Shown here one piece after another: positions 52,945 to 64,000 of a DNA stretch of 64,000 nt; positions within the stretch are counted from its first letter, which is position 1; each line of letters starts with the position of its first letter. The DNA is taken from the NCBI GenBank assembly GCA_013239625.1, contig MU054187.1:19398711-19462710 (forward strand). The letters are read 5' to 3'. This stretch comes from Lama guanicoe (Eukaryota). The position numbers and the translations under genes are program-made. The notes beneath the pieces were generated by a model, which saw only the letters and a program-made list of their open reading frames with translations, was not told where the DNA came from and did no database searches.

Positions 52945-53340
52945 ACAAATGGCCAATAAGCCCATGAAAATGTGCTTAATATTATTAGCCATTAGGGAAA
53001 TGCAAATTAAAAACACAATAAGATAGTGCTATATACCTAGACTGACTACGGTGAAAACTTGATAATGTTAAGTGTAAACAAGGATCCTGTGATTCTCAGA
53101 CAGTGCTGGTGCAAATACAAAATGGCACACTTTGGGCGATAGGTTGTCAGTTTCTTATAAGGTAAACATTTACTTACCACCTGACCCAGCAATTCTACTC
53201 CTATGTATTTATCCAAGAGAAACAAATACATAGGTCCAAACTAAGATCTGGTTGTGAATGTTTATAGCAATTTTATTCATAATTGCCCAAACTGGAAACA
53301 ACTCATTAACTGTTGCCTGGATAAACAAAGCATGGTGTGT

Positions 53341-53382
53341 ACACACACACACACAGACACACACACACACACACACACACAC
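53341..53382. repeat. (AC)n microsatellite with one interruption
   Basis: Directly visible. Confidence 0.95.
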
Positions 53383-56020
53383 GTATACACAATGGGATAC
53401 CACTCAGTAATCAAAAAGAATGAACTGATACATGCAACAATATGGCGAATCTCAAAAACATGATGCTAAGTGAAAGAAGCTAGATTCAAATGACCACATG
53501 TTGCATGGTTCCATATGATCTTCTAGAAAAGGCAAAATTCCAATGATGGAAAACAGATTGGTATTGCCAGGGGCTGGGGGTGGGGGAGGTAACTGCAAAG
53601 GGACATGGGGAAACATTTTGGGGTAATAAAAATGTTAACATGTCTTGGTGGTGGTGGTAGTGACAACCATATGTTCATTTATAAAAATCCATTGATCTGT
53701 ACACTTAAAAGGAAAAATGTTATTGTATATAAAATAAACCTCAATGAACTTGATTTAAACTACCCCCTCCCTTTCAAAGAAAATAAGTACATAGCACATG
53801 GTTTAAACTAGGGAGTGACCAACCTCCCAAATGTAATCTTTCTCAAGAAAGTATGGGCTCTTAAACGTAGGCCAGAAAACCCGTAGAAGTGTAAAACTTT
53901 ACAACTATTGCTCAGGCATTAAAAGTCAGCTGTAACATACATTTCCTTGTCTGGTCTATTTAAGCAATGTGAAATGTAAAAAAGAATATTTTAATTAAAC
54001 ATAAAAAGCCAGAGACAAATTAAGATAGCCTGAAAGGAAAACAGGAAATGTTCTCACAGCATCTTCATAAAAAAAAAAAATGCACTCGGAGTAACAGTCT
54101 GATACACTGTGAAAGGAATACTGAGAATTGCACAATAGTTTGCTGAAATGAGTGTAATTTTTCTCACTCAAAGCTCAGGAATAGCCTTTAAAGGAGTCTC
54201 ACTAAAAAGGAAAACATTTTCACGCTTGTAAATTGCTCTAAGCTCCTCGGAGAGAAATACAAAGTCCAGGGTATTATTATTTCACGAGCCTTGGGCTTAT
54301 TTTGACAGTCATTATCGTTGTCCCATTTATAGTTGCCGGGGCCGCCTCCATGAAGCGCATCTTTCTGCACATGCGTTTGTAATTCGTTAGTCGCACGCAC
54401 TCATTTTGAGAAATGACGTCTTAGAGATACGGACGCTGAGCTTGTGAGAAAACAGCTACTTCATCCATGTTATCTTGTGCCACCAGAGACACAGAAAGGC
54501 TCGGTACCGATGCGAGCTCCTGGTGTGGCTTTTCTGTGCCACACAGGGGATCCGCACGTCTCCATGTACTATTTACATGCGAGAGATTTTTAAGAATCGT
54601 ATTTTGTGAACAGTTATTTACTTGGAGGATATAATATGTCAGTGAACTATGATCCTTGCCTCTTTTTCCACAAAGGGGCTTGAAGTTTGTAATAGGAAAG
54701 CCATTAGATTAGAAAAATGTAATTTTATTTTACTTACGAATTTATAATCTAAAGGGAAAAACAACCCGATCCAATTCTTTGTTGATACCCTTCAATTGCA
54801 GCATATTTCTTTTGTAAATTCAGTGTGTCTTTCGCTGTTTTAATAAGCATTTCTGCCTCTTCCCTTGGGGCTTCGTAGTCATAGTCAATACCCATAAACT
54901 ATAAAGATGTGACAGGATGTTTCATCTCATTAAGATGCCACGCAACCAGGATTCCTTCGCCCTCCTTATTACATCTGATTTATGCTCCTCAAATGTGACC
55001 TTTAAGACCTTCCTTGCTTTGCAAACACATTGCATGTCCCAAGGGCACATAATTAAGTAGGTCACATGCTCTATGCTGCCTATTAGTACTTGCCTTTCAA
55101 CACGCATTTCCTCCGTTTTACTGTGGGAACGTTCTTTTTTTCATAAGAGAACTTGGATAAGTTCTTGGTACTTTCTGCAGAAGAAATGTCCTTGATATTT
55201 TGTGGGAACACTTAAGATCATTGGGGGATTCGTCAGTCATGAGAATAATTGGGCTCACATTTTTTGAGGAGTAGAGGCCACTCACTCTACTGTAGTGCTG
55301 CCTGAGGCTTGTACTTCTGGAGGGAGAAAAGTGCTCTCAAGGATAATGCTTGTGGTTGTACCCTTCCTCAATTAAAGTATGTCAATAATTTTTGAATAAT
55401 GCTATCCAGAAAATGTCACAACCAAAAAATGTTTTTAAAAGTTTAAATATATTTTGATAATCTTTATAAATTAGTTTGCATAAATGCATATGTACCTAGT
55501 AGAGTTTCTATGAATTTCTCTTGGAAATGGTATTTGCTATGCATGCTCTTGAATTTTCCAATCAAATAATTATAAATATGCATATTGTAACTGTTTATAA
55601 TTTTGCTTTCATAACCTTAATAACCGAGTGTGAGTTTGTAGCAACAAGATAAAATTTCATTTCGCTGACTATAATTATTGAATGATAAAAGATTTGCAAA
55701 GCTTTAGTACAAGTAGATTTTGAAGACAATCAGGATTCCTGGCTCTGCCTCTCCATGCCACCATCACAGTCGTCTATCCTTTGTAAGTCCGGTCAGTTTC
55801 TCCATCTAAGAAATCAACCAGATTAATCCTAGGTAAAGCATTATTGTCCTAATTAATAGCCTATTTAATTAAGTTGGATTGCATAACTGGTGACTGCTTC
55901 CTCTTAGTGAAGCTGATAAAGAGACATCAACAAAACACAACTGAGTTTTCACAGGATGAGCATGTTAAGAAATTAATAGGAGTTGAAATGGTGGCAGAGA
56001 AAACACAGAACCCTGTAGAA

Positions 56021-56170
56021 CAGTGATTCTCGTATTTTATGTGCATACAGATCACCTGGCAAACTTGTTAAAACACAGATTTTGATTCAGGTCACTCCTT
56101 GGGTGGGGTGTGAGATTTTTCATTTCTAACAAGCTCTCAGGAGATGTCGATGCTGTTTTGAACAGCAAGT
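56021..56170. mobile_element. MER5A hAT-Charlie DNA transposon
   Basis: cagtgattctc...atcacctggcaaacttgttaaaacacagatt...catttctaacaagctctcaggagatgtcgatgctg. Confidence 0.88.
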
Positions 56171-57339
56171 TCATAGACCATCCCTAGATCACGGTTTGCT
56201 GTTTGGATAAGTACTACAGGTTGGCACATAGGTCCGTGGTACCACTCAAAGCTGAGCTGCCCCGTTTTGTTATAACCAAGGGAATTGTAGCAGTGTGCTG
56301 GGATGCAGAATATACCTTCCAGATTAAAATACACCAGTGTACCTTCTCTCTCTTTCATTGCCCTGCTAGAACTGCCCTGAGCTGAGGCTACTGACTTAAG
56401 GAAGGTGACTGGTGCCAATTTTACCCTGAAATACATTGTTGGATGACGGTGACAGTGGAATGTGCGGGCCTTCATGTGCTGTGGACATAGTGGAAAAGGA
56501 CGATTTCCTTGGGGGTGACGGAGTGTGTGGGCTGTACCAAACTCTGCGTTTGCGTGCATTCTTGTGTGTGCCCACGTGTGGACTTCCACCCTTAGTTGAG
56601 TGGAATCGTGCTGCAGTGAGTTTCTTACTTTCCTTTTTTCCCTTAGAACATGGAATGAAGCTTTCGTTTCCAGTCTGATTGAATACAATGACCTCCTTTT
56701 TAATACAAGAAAAAGAAACATTATCCAAGTGAAAATGCATAAGCAACCCCTTGACTTGAATTTGTCCTTAATTAATCTTAAGATTATCTACATAAATTTG
56801 GGAAAACCAACAGAAATGAAACCAGTATGCCTAGGAGAGGTATATTGTTCATTTAACTTCCAGACAATAGTTTCTCTCTGCAGCGCTCATTTCGGAGACA
56901 TTTAATTAAGACGGTCTGGCGGATGAGCCTCCCACTTCATTATAACACATTTAAATTTCCTCCCGCTTTATTCTCCAGGATGACTGATTTCCTACGAAGG
57001 GTAGAGAGTCAGAAAAGACTAGAGGTGATGCACGTACACAAAATCCAAAAGAATTGGAGGGCCCCAGAAAATTAATATTTAAGAATAGGACATAAGGGAT
57101 GTTTAATTTTTCCTTAACATAATAAATAATGAGAAACTGACAAAAGAATTCAAAGATTCCATTTCAAACATTCTTAAGACTGCTTCCAGATATTTTCCTG
57201 TTTCTTTTTATTATCTTTGGCTGAATGACGTTTCCTTATAAATAAATCAACAAAGCCAACAGTAATATGTAAAGCCTTATCGCCAAGATTCCACCAAAAA
57301 CGGAGGCGATTTCCACGTTTTGAAATAACAAATTAATCT

Positions 57340-57747
57340 GCAGTGTGTTCTCCATAACCCATTTCCACTTCCTCCTAGGCACGCGACGTCTAAGTCTCTC
57401 GCCCTCCCCTGTTAACTGTGGCCGAGGGGCTGAGTTCTAACCAATGGACTGCGGAGAGAAATGTGTCCCTTCTCTAAGACTGTCATAAAAATTCACGCAC
57501 AAGTTTACACGTGCTCTTTCCCTGCTAAGGACTAACTGGAGAGGACTGGACCACTGAAAGAGGGGAGGAGCCACAGGAAGGAAAGAGTCTTAGTCCATGG
57601 TGGATCCACCACATGCAGAAGGTGATCTGAAAAAGGAACTCAACATCAGACTGTAAAGTTAGAGAAAACAAAACCTCTGTTATTCGGAGGCATTATACAT
57701 TCTGTATTTGTTTGCAATGCAATAAATAAGCCTGCTGTAAATAACAC
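57340..57747 (+). mobile_element. MLT1J-like LTR
   Basis: cccatttccacttcctcctaggcac...ctgagttctaaccaatgga...aaaacctctgttatt. Confidence 0.7.
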
Positions 57748-58244
57748 AGGTGGAAAACAGGAAATTAAAGTCTAGTTTTGATGTCTGCTCTCTCCATCGA
57801 GGAGAGGGTCTGGGTCTTGGTCTTGGAATATTTGGCGGATTACCTTGTTACTAGGTGCACCACAAATGTTTGCTGAAAAAGAACTGGTGCTACTTCCAGA
57901 TTCTTCTCCTTTTCCTGATTCAGTGACCCAGAGGATGACAGTCCAAGAGCCCATATCCCACTCCGACCTGTATCCAAAAGCAATTGGGGCTACTCCATTA
58001 AAAAAATATATATATATATTTTCAGCTGTACTTGGCTAGACCTGTTGCAAAGGAACTTTTGCATACATGAATTCACCTGTCAATATTTCTTTTTTGAATC
58101 ATTTTCTTTAGTTGCAATCTAAAAGATACTTTTATTTAGTGGGAAGAAAAGGCTAACATCACTTATTTGGGAATAATGTCTGTTTATAGGCTAGGAACCT
58201 GGAGAAAAGGATTCCTTGTATTATGGAAAATATATTGGGCTTAG

Positions 58245-58358
58245 GGCTTTTTTGTTTTTTGTTTTTTTTAATGGAGGTACTGGGGAATTGAACCCAGGAC
58301 CTCAGGACCTCATACATACTAAGCACTTGCTCTACCACTGAGCTATAGCCTCACCCCT
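58245..58358 (-). mobile_element. tRNA-derived SINE with an internal 8-bp duplication
   Basis: SINE body with caggacct repeated twice (58295-58310); TSD tat(a/g)ttgggcttag at 58231-58244 and 58361-58374. Confidence 0.92.
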
Positions 58359-59491
58359 TCTATGTTGGGCTTAGTTTTTACCTTCAAGGAATTTGCACTT
58401 TCTGGAAATAGTGGAGAAATTATCATCTATTATTATTTCTAGAATCTTCTCTTCATACTAAAGAAGTCATGCTAACCTGCTGAATCCTTTTGGTTCTTGG
58501 GGGACCACTCTTTGGGCTTGAGGGACTATCTATAACCAGAATTTTTCTTGGAAGACATTTTTTATACATCGAAATAGTGATGTGCTTAGTTTTCAAAAAT
58601 ACTCAAGTTCCCAGTTCATTGTATTGGGACCTAAGCAGACAGTACATAAATAATCACACAGAAATGGTTCCTGCTTTTCATGACCTATTCCTTGGACAGG
58701 CAGAAGCCACTAATTTGAACTTGAAAATAACCCAGTAAAACCACACAAGTGTCGAGCCTAGAAAAGATGGCAACGTTTAAAAGGAAAAAAAAAATCTTTG
58801 TGTGGGAGGATGGCCGGCACTCAGAGAGCATCGCAAAGCGGGGAGGACACTGACCTTGTTTAGCTGTATTGTTGTTCTTCAGCGATTCCCAAGTCAGATG
58901 CTTCCTTGGCTCCGGGAAGCCTGTTACCAGTATTACTGTCAGTGCACACGAGGTATTGGCATCAGGGCTGCTTCACTGAACAGACTACATGGCCACTCTA
59001 TCCTTCCACTGATCAGGACAGAAACCTTAGCATCATCCTCGGGTTCTCTCATCCTTTCACACCCTATGCCCAATCTCACAGGAAATCCTGATGGCTCTGC
59101 CTTTCAAACACATCTCTCACCAGGACCACTGTAAGTGCGGACCAAGCCACTGTCAGCTTTTGTTCGATTTCTGCAGTAGCTTCCTAATTGGACTCCCTGC
59201 TTCAGCACACGCTCCTCTGGACTCCACTTTCCTTATGGCAGCCACCATCTTCCTTTTAGATCATGAAACTCCTCAGTTAAGTCCTGTGATGACTTCCAAA
59301 TTTATAGCCATCTACAGTGAGCTGTCATGGTACATGACGTGGTTCCCAGGCCTCTCTGACCTCGTCTTCCAACACTTTCCTCATTGGCCACTCAGTTCCT
59401 GCCACGCTGGCTGTCCTGCTTCCCTTTGAACGTTCGGAGCATGCCCTTACCTCGGGGCTTTTTACCTGCTGCCTTTAAAGCTCTTCCCCCG

Positions 59492-59897
59492 GTGTATTTC
59501 TTAAGGAATAACTGCTGTAAGGAGCAGATTCAAAATTCTCTAGTGGCTCAAACACAGTGGCTCAAATTTTCGTTCTCATCTAACATGTTGGACAGCTGTT
59601 CTTCCACGATGTTGCTTTGGACGCCAGGCTGAAGGAGGGTCTGCCGTGTTCAACACGAGGCTCCCCGGGTCACTCTGGAGGGTGTTCTTTCACAGCGAAC
59701 CAGAGGGGAAAAGAGCACGGAGGTCATGTGGGAGCTTTAGTTGGACAGGCTGAACATGGCAGTCGTCACCTCGACTCATGTCGCATCAACTAGAACTCAA
59801 TCACTCGGCCACGCCTGCTGGAAGGGGGCTGGGAAATGTCGTTCAGTATGGGCCATGAGGGGAGAAAGATTCTGGTGAGTAACTAACCACCTCTGTG
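59492..59897 (-). mobile_element. Old MLT1-family LTR nested in L2
   Basis: gctgtaag...tagtggctcaaacaca...gggggctgggaaatgtcgttcag...tggtgagtaactaacc. Confidence 0.7.
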
Positions 59898-60229
59898 CCC
59901 CCCCCCCCCGGTAGCCATGTGGATTTCTGTCACTGTCTCTAGTCCCTTCTTCAATTTCCCCTTCTCAGGGAGACCTCCCAGTCATTATCAATACAACACC
60001 CCATCCCTATACTCGCTGTTCCCTTTCCTTGTTTTATTTTTCTCTACAGGACTTATTGCCACTATACATTTGCTATTTATTGTTAAAAATTGTTTACCTG
60101 TAGTGAGTTTGATGTGATTTCCCCCCACCCCCATCCCCTGTTCTAATTCCTAGCACTAGTGAATGTAACCTTATTTGGGTAGAGTCTGTGCAGATGTAAT
60201 TAAGCTAAGCATGTGTGTGTGTGTGTGTG

Positions 60230-60310
60230 AAAGCTAATCTTTATTCATACCAAAAAACTCACATGAAGGAGAAACTCTATGTTTATAATCAACATGAAAC
60301 AGCTGTCCTT
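60230..60310 (+). pseudogene. Degenerate C2H2 zinc-finger (KRAB-ZNF-type) fragment
   Basis: The frame from 60230 reads KANLYSYQKTHMKEKLYVYNQHETAV, in register with xSNLxxHQRTHTGEKPYxCNECGKAF. Confidence 0.6.
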
Positions 60311-60539
60311 GATAATTTTTTAGTGTACGACATTTCCGTAATTTTTATTTTATTTACTGAGGTATAGCTGATTAACAATATTATATAATAGTTTATTTAC
60401 AATATTTACAATATCATATTATATATAATATTTACAATATTACATTATATATTAAATATTATATTCCAGGTATATAACATAGTGATTCAACCCTTTCATA
60501 GATTATACTCCATTTAAAGTTATTATAAAATATAGTTTT

Positions 60540-60788
60540 TTATACAAATTGGGAGTTTGGGATTTGCAGATACTAACTACTAAATATAAAATAAATAAAC
60601 AACAAGGTCCAACTGTATAGCACAGGGAACTATATTCAGTACCTTTTAATGGCCTGTAATGAAGAAGAATATAAAAAGGAATATATATATATATATACAC
60701 ATATATAAAACTGAATCACTCTGCTGTATACCAGAAATTAACACAACATAGTAAATTGACTATACTTCAATAAAAAAGAAGAAAAAAA
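60540..60788 (+). mobile_element. L1 3' end nested in the antisense L1
   Basis: aaattgggagtttgggatttgcagatac...cttcaataaaaaagaa; flanks share aagtt(a/g)tta(t/c)aaaatat. Confidence 0.88.
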
Positions 60789-62454
60789 CTTTCTTTTAAG
60801 TTGTTACAAAATATTGGCTATATTCCCTGTACTGTGTGATACACCCTTGTCGTTTATTTTATATAATAGTTGTATCACGTTACCCCTGACTCCTGTTGTG
60901 CCCCTCCCCGCTTCCTCTTCTCCACTGGTAAATACTAGTTTGTTTTCTGTATCTGTACATCTGTTCTTATTTTATTACATTCATGCAGCTGTTTTATTTT
61001 TTAGATTCCACATATAAATGGTAACATACAGTATTTATCTTTCTCTGTCTATTTCACTAAGCATAATGTTCTCCAAGTCCATCCATGTTGTTGCAAATGG
61101 CAAAATCTCATTCTTTTTATGGCTGAGTAACATTCCATTGTGTAAGTATATGTATGTATATATATATATAAATATATATAATCACATATTTTTTATCCAT
61201 TCATCTGTTGCTTCCATATCTTATCTACTATAAATAATGCTGCTATAAATATTAGAGTGCATGTATCTTTTTGAATCAGTGTATTCATTTCCTTCAGATA
61301 TATTCATGCCATAGTAAAAAATAAACTAAAAATGGATTAAAGATCTGAATGTAAGACTGGAAATCATAAAACTCCTAGAAGAAGACAGTCAGGTTACTCT
61401 TTGACAGAAATTGTAGCTCTTTTTTTTTTTTGGATCTGTCTCCTAAGGCAAAGGAAACAAAAGCAAAAATAAGCCAATGGGACCTAATTAAACTTAAAAG
61501 CTTTTGGTCAGAAAAGGAAATCATTAACCTACTGATTGGGAGAAAATACTTGCAAATTATGTAACTGGCAAGGGGCTAATATCCAAAATCTATACACAGT
61601 GCATACAACTCAATATCAGAAAAGCAAACAACCAATCAAAAAAAATGGGCAGAAGATCTGAGTAGACATTTTTCCAAAGAAGATATACAGATGGCCAGCA
61701 GGCACATGAAAAATGCTCAGCCTCACTAAGCGTCAGAGAAATGCAAGTCAAAACCGCAATAAGATATCATCACCTCACACCTTTCAGAAGGGCTATCATC
61801 AAAGAGACCACAAATAACAAGTGTGTGTGAGAATGTGGGAAAAAGGGAACCCCAGTACACTGCTGATGGAAAGTTAAGGATCTCATCTTGAGATGAGAAC
61901 ATCCTGGATTAACTGGGTAGGGGGGATTCTAACTCCAATTACAAGTGTCCTCATAAGAGAATCCAAAGGAGAAGACACACAGGTAAGGGCCGTGTGATGA
62001 AGAAGGAGGCAGAGATTGGGTTAATGCAGCCACAGTCAAGAATTCTCCCCTAGAGATTTTAGAGGGAGCGTGCCTCTGCCAACATCTTGATTTTTGGAGG
62101 ACTTCTGGTAAGGAGAACTGTGAGAAAATAAATATCTGTTGGTGTAAGCCATCCAGTTTGTGCTAATTTGTTATGACAACCCTAAAAAGCTAACACATTT
62201 CCCCTCCTGTAATGTAAACTCCTGGAGAGCAGTAACTGTGTTTTGTTCATTGCTATCGCTTTCCACGCATGGAACAGCGTGCCTTGCACGTAGCAAGTAC
62301 TCAGCAAATGCTTGTTGAATGGATGAGTGAATGGAAATAAGGAAATGTATCTCCAGCCTATTCAGAAGATGTAATTTATTTTGAATAACTTTAATAGTCT
62401 TTACGAAACTGTCTGCCCCAGAGAACCATTTTCTGGTTCATCCTCACTCTGGGA

Positions 62455-62612
62455 CAATAGTATGCTGAGCTTAAGAGCTGAGACTCTGAACTTTGACAGA
62501 CTTGGATTAAAACTCTGGCTATGGAATCACCAGCAAGTGTGAAACCGGACAAGTTAATGAACATTCCTAAGCCTCAAAGTCCACATTCTCTATCGGGAAA
62601 ATGAAATGAAGT
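62455..62612 (+). mobile_element. MIR SINE
   Basis: gactctgaactttgacagacttggattaaa...ggacaagttaatgaacattcctaagcctca. Confidence 0.75.
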
Positions 62613-63369
62613 TAAAAGCAAACAAACAAATTTCTAATATAATGCTCAACCATGTAAGTTTATAGTAAATCACGTAATTATAATTCACTGGGATTAGTGG
62701 GGAATACGCTGAAATCTTACAGCCTCAGTTGTCTTTTAATTTTAAAGTCCTTTGAAATGACATCTACTTATCATGACATTATTAAGAATTTCAATCAAGG
62801 AAGTCCTTTCTAAATGGAAAATTTCCTAATACAGTATTTTAATATTTGCGTGTTTACTTCTGTGGACCACATTTAAGCCACAACAATTTTTGTAGTAAAT
62901 ATTGCAAGTTGCTGGGAGTTCCAAGTTGTAAACTAAAATCAGCCCTATCTGAGCAGGCTGCCTCACCCACTGTTTCAGGGAGACTGACAAGCGATTGGCC
63001 TCTCCACTTCTCTGCCCTTTGGCCGTGCTCTCCTTGATCTGTCACAGTTTTGTTATCTTGTGAAAATAAATGAACTTCCTGCTCTTTATGTCATGATTTA
63101 GTGCTTAAAGATCACATACTGTTCTTGTCTGTCACTCAGGGATACAACTTTTCAAAAACATACTTATGCATTTGCATAAATTAGCATAATATTGTAATAG
63201 AGACAAAAATTCCTTAGCTACTCTATCACAACTTAAAAATAAAGTTAAATAAACCTGATGGAAACATCTTTAAGATTATGAGGAAGTAGCTGGGTAATAA
63301 AATTATGTAGTGGTGCCAAAGAAGGAGGCAAAGAAGGTGACGCCTTTAGAAGGCAAGACAAGTGTTCTT

Positions 63370-63772
63370 TTTTTTTTAAATTGAAGCATAGTTGATTTAC
63401 AATGTTGTCTTAGTTTCTGGGGTACAGTATAGTGATTCAGAGATAGATATATATATTCTTTTCATTATAGGCTATTACAAGGTATTTTTTAAAATTTTTT
63501 ATTGATTTATAATCATTTTACAATGTTGTGTCAAATTCCAGTGTTCAGCACAATTTTTCAGTCATTCCTGGACATATACACACTCATTGTCACATTTTTT
63601 TTCTGTGAACAAGGTATTGAATATAGTTCCCTGTGCTGTACAGTAGGAGCTTGTTGTCTATCTGTTTTATATTTAGTGATGTGTATCTGCAAATTCCAAG
63701 CTCCCAGTTTATCCCTACACCCCCTTCCCCAACCATAAGTTTATTCTCTGTCTGTGAGTCTGTTTCTGTTTT
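63370..63772 (-). mobile_element. Young L1 3' end containing a second nested L1-type tail (63487-63608)
   Basis: Perfect 15-bp outer TSD aagacaagtgttctt (63355-63369, 63773-63787); perfect 10-bp inner TSD acaaggtatt (63477-63486, 63609-63618). Confidence 0.92.
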
Positions 63773-64000
63773 AAGACAAGTGTTCTTGACCTGTTTTATT
63801 ATTTTGTTCATTGACCTGAAAAATATTTATTATAAATTAATTCTCAAACTCAATTACTTTAAACCTTAATTTTCTTCTAAGGGATTATATTTCTCAAGGA
63901 GGGGGGCGTAAAATAATTTTTGGGTTTGGAGACAATATTGACTATATATTGTATAAAATCTCACCTCCTTACCCTGGCCGGGAGGATCCTGCCTGCTCGA

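Larger units (their letters stand above)
52530..53760 (+). mobile_element. Old L1M 3' portion
   Basis: attagccattagggaaatgcaaattaaaa, gacccagcaattctactcct, 3' UTR ending aaataaacctcaatgaacttgattt. Confidence 0.9.
60210..61870 (-). mobile_element. 5'-inverted L1 insertion with a putative 3' transduction
   Basis: Antisense L1 3' end ~60341-61305, sense ORF2 piece ~61310-61870, non-L1 segment 60230-60340, (TG)9; flanks aagctaag/aagttaag. Confidence 0.8.
60099..62197 (+). mobile_element. MLT1B/C-type LTR split by an L1 insertion (60099-60209 and 61871-62197)
   Basis: gaatgtaaccttatttgg...gcagatgtaattaag | aagttaaggatct...gagaactgtgagaaaataaat...aaaagctaacaca. Confidence 0.88.
58995..62335 (+). 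mobile_element. L2 split into pieces (~58995-59490, ~59910-60098, ~62198-62335) by nested LTR and L1 insertions
   Basis: Collinear L2 3' motifs ending tactcagcaaatgcttgttgaatggatga. Confidence 0.75.

Noticed and set aside
56137..56721. Longest ORF (194 aa, minus strand)
   Set aside because: No recognisable domain, it ends inside a MER5A, and there is no supporting exon structure; consistent with chance.
3851..58358. Six of seven tRNA-SINEs on the minus strand as evidence of host-gene orientation
   Set aside because: The sample is too small, and L1 and LTR orientations are mixed.
63895..64000. Possible L1 3' UTR piece and GC-rich start of another element at the window edge
   Set aside because: Too short and truncated to assign.

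Overview
This is AT-rich, non-coding mammalian DNA (intronic or intergenic). It is most likely camelid, because it holds seven copies of a short tRNA-derived SINE matching my recollection of the camelid Vic-1 family, plus many short L1 3' ends. I cannot support any host protein-coding exon, RNA gene or CRISPR-type system; the ORF track is explained by chance and decayed retroelements. Much of the window is interspersed repeats (L1, L2, MIR, MLT1/ERVL LTRs, MER5/MER20/MER94/MER103 DNA transposons). Family names come from memory of consensus sequences, not a RepeatMasker run, and boundaries without a stated target-site duplication (TSD) are approximate. The best observations are: a 5'-inverted L1 insertion apparently carrying a 3'-transduced fragment that encodes a degenerate C2H2 zinc finger (60210-61870); a 333-bp near-perfect tandem duplication ending at a SINE poly-G run; an isolated 48-bp direct repeat 6.5 kb apart; an L1 with two large internal deletions; two more twin-primed L1s; several CpG-rich patches, some in ancient repeats; and a few motif-dense candidate enhancers. 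I found no evidence of a new biological system.
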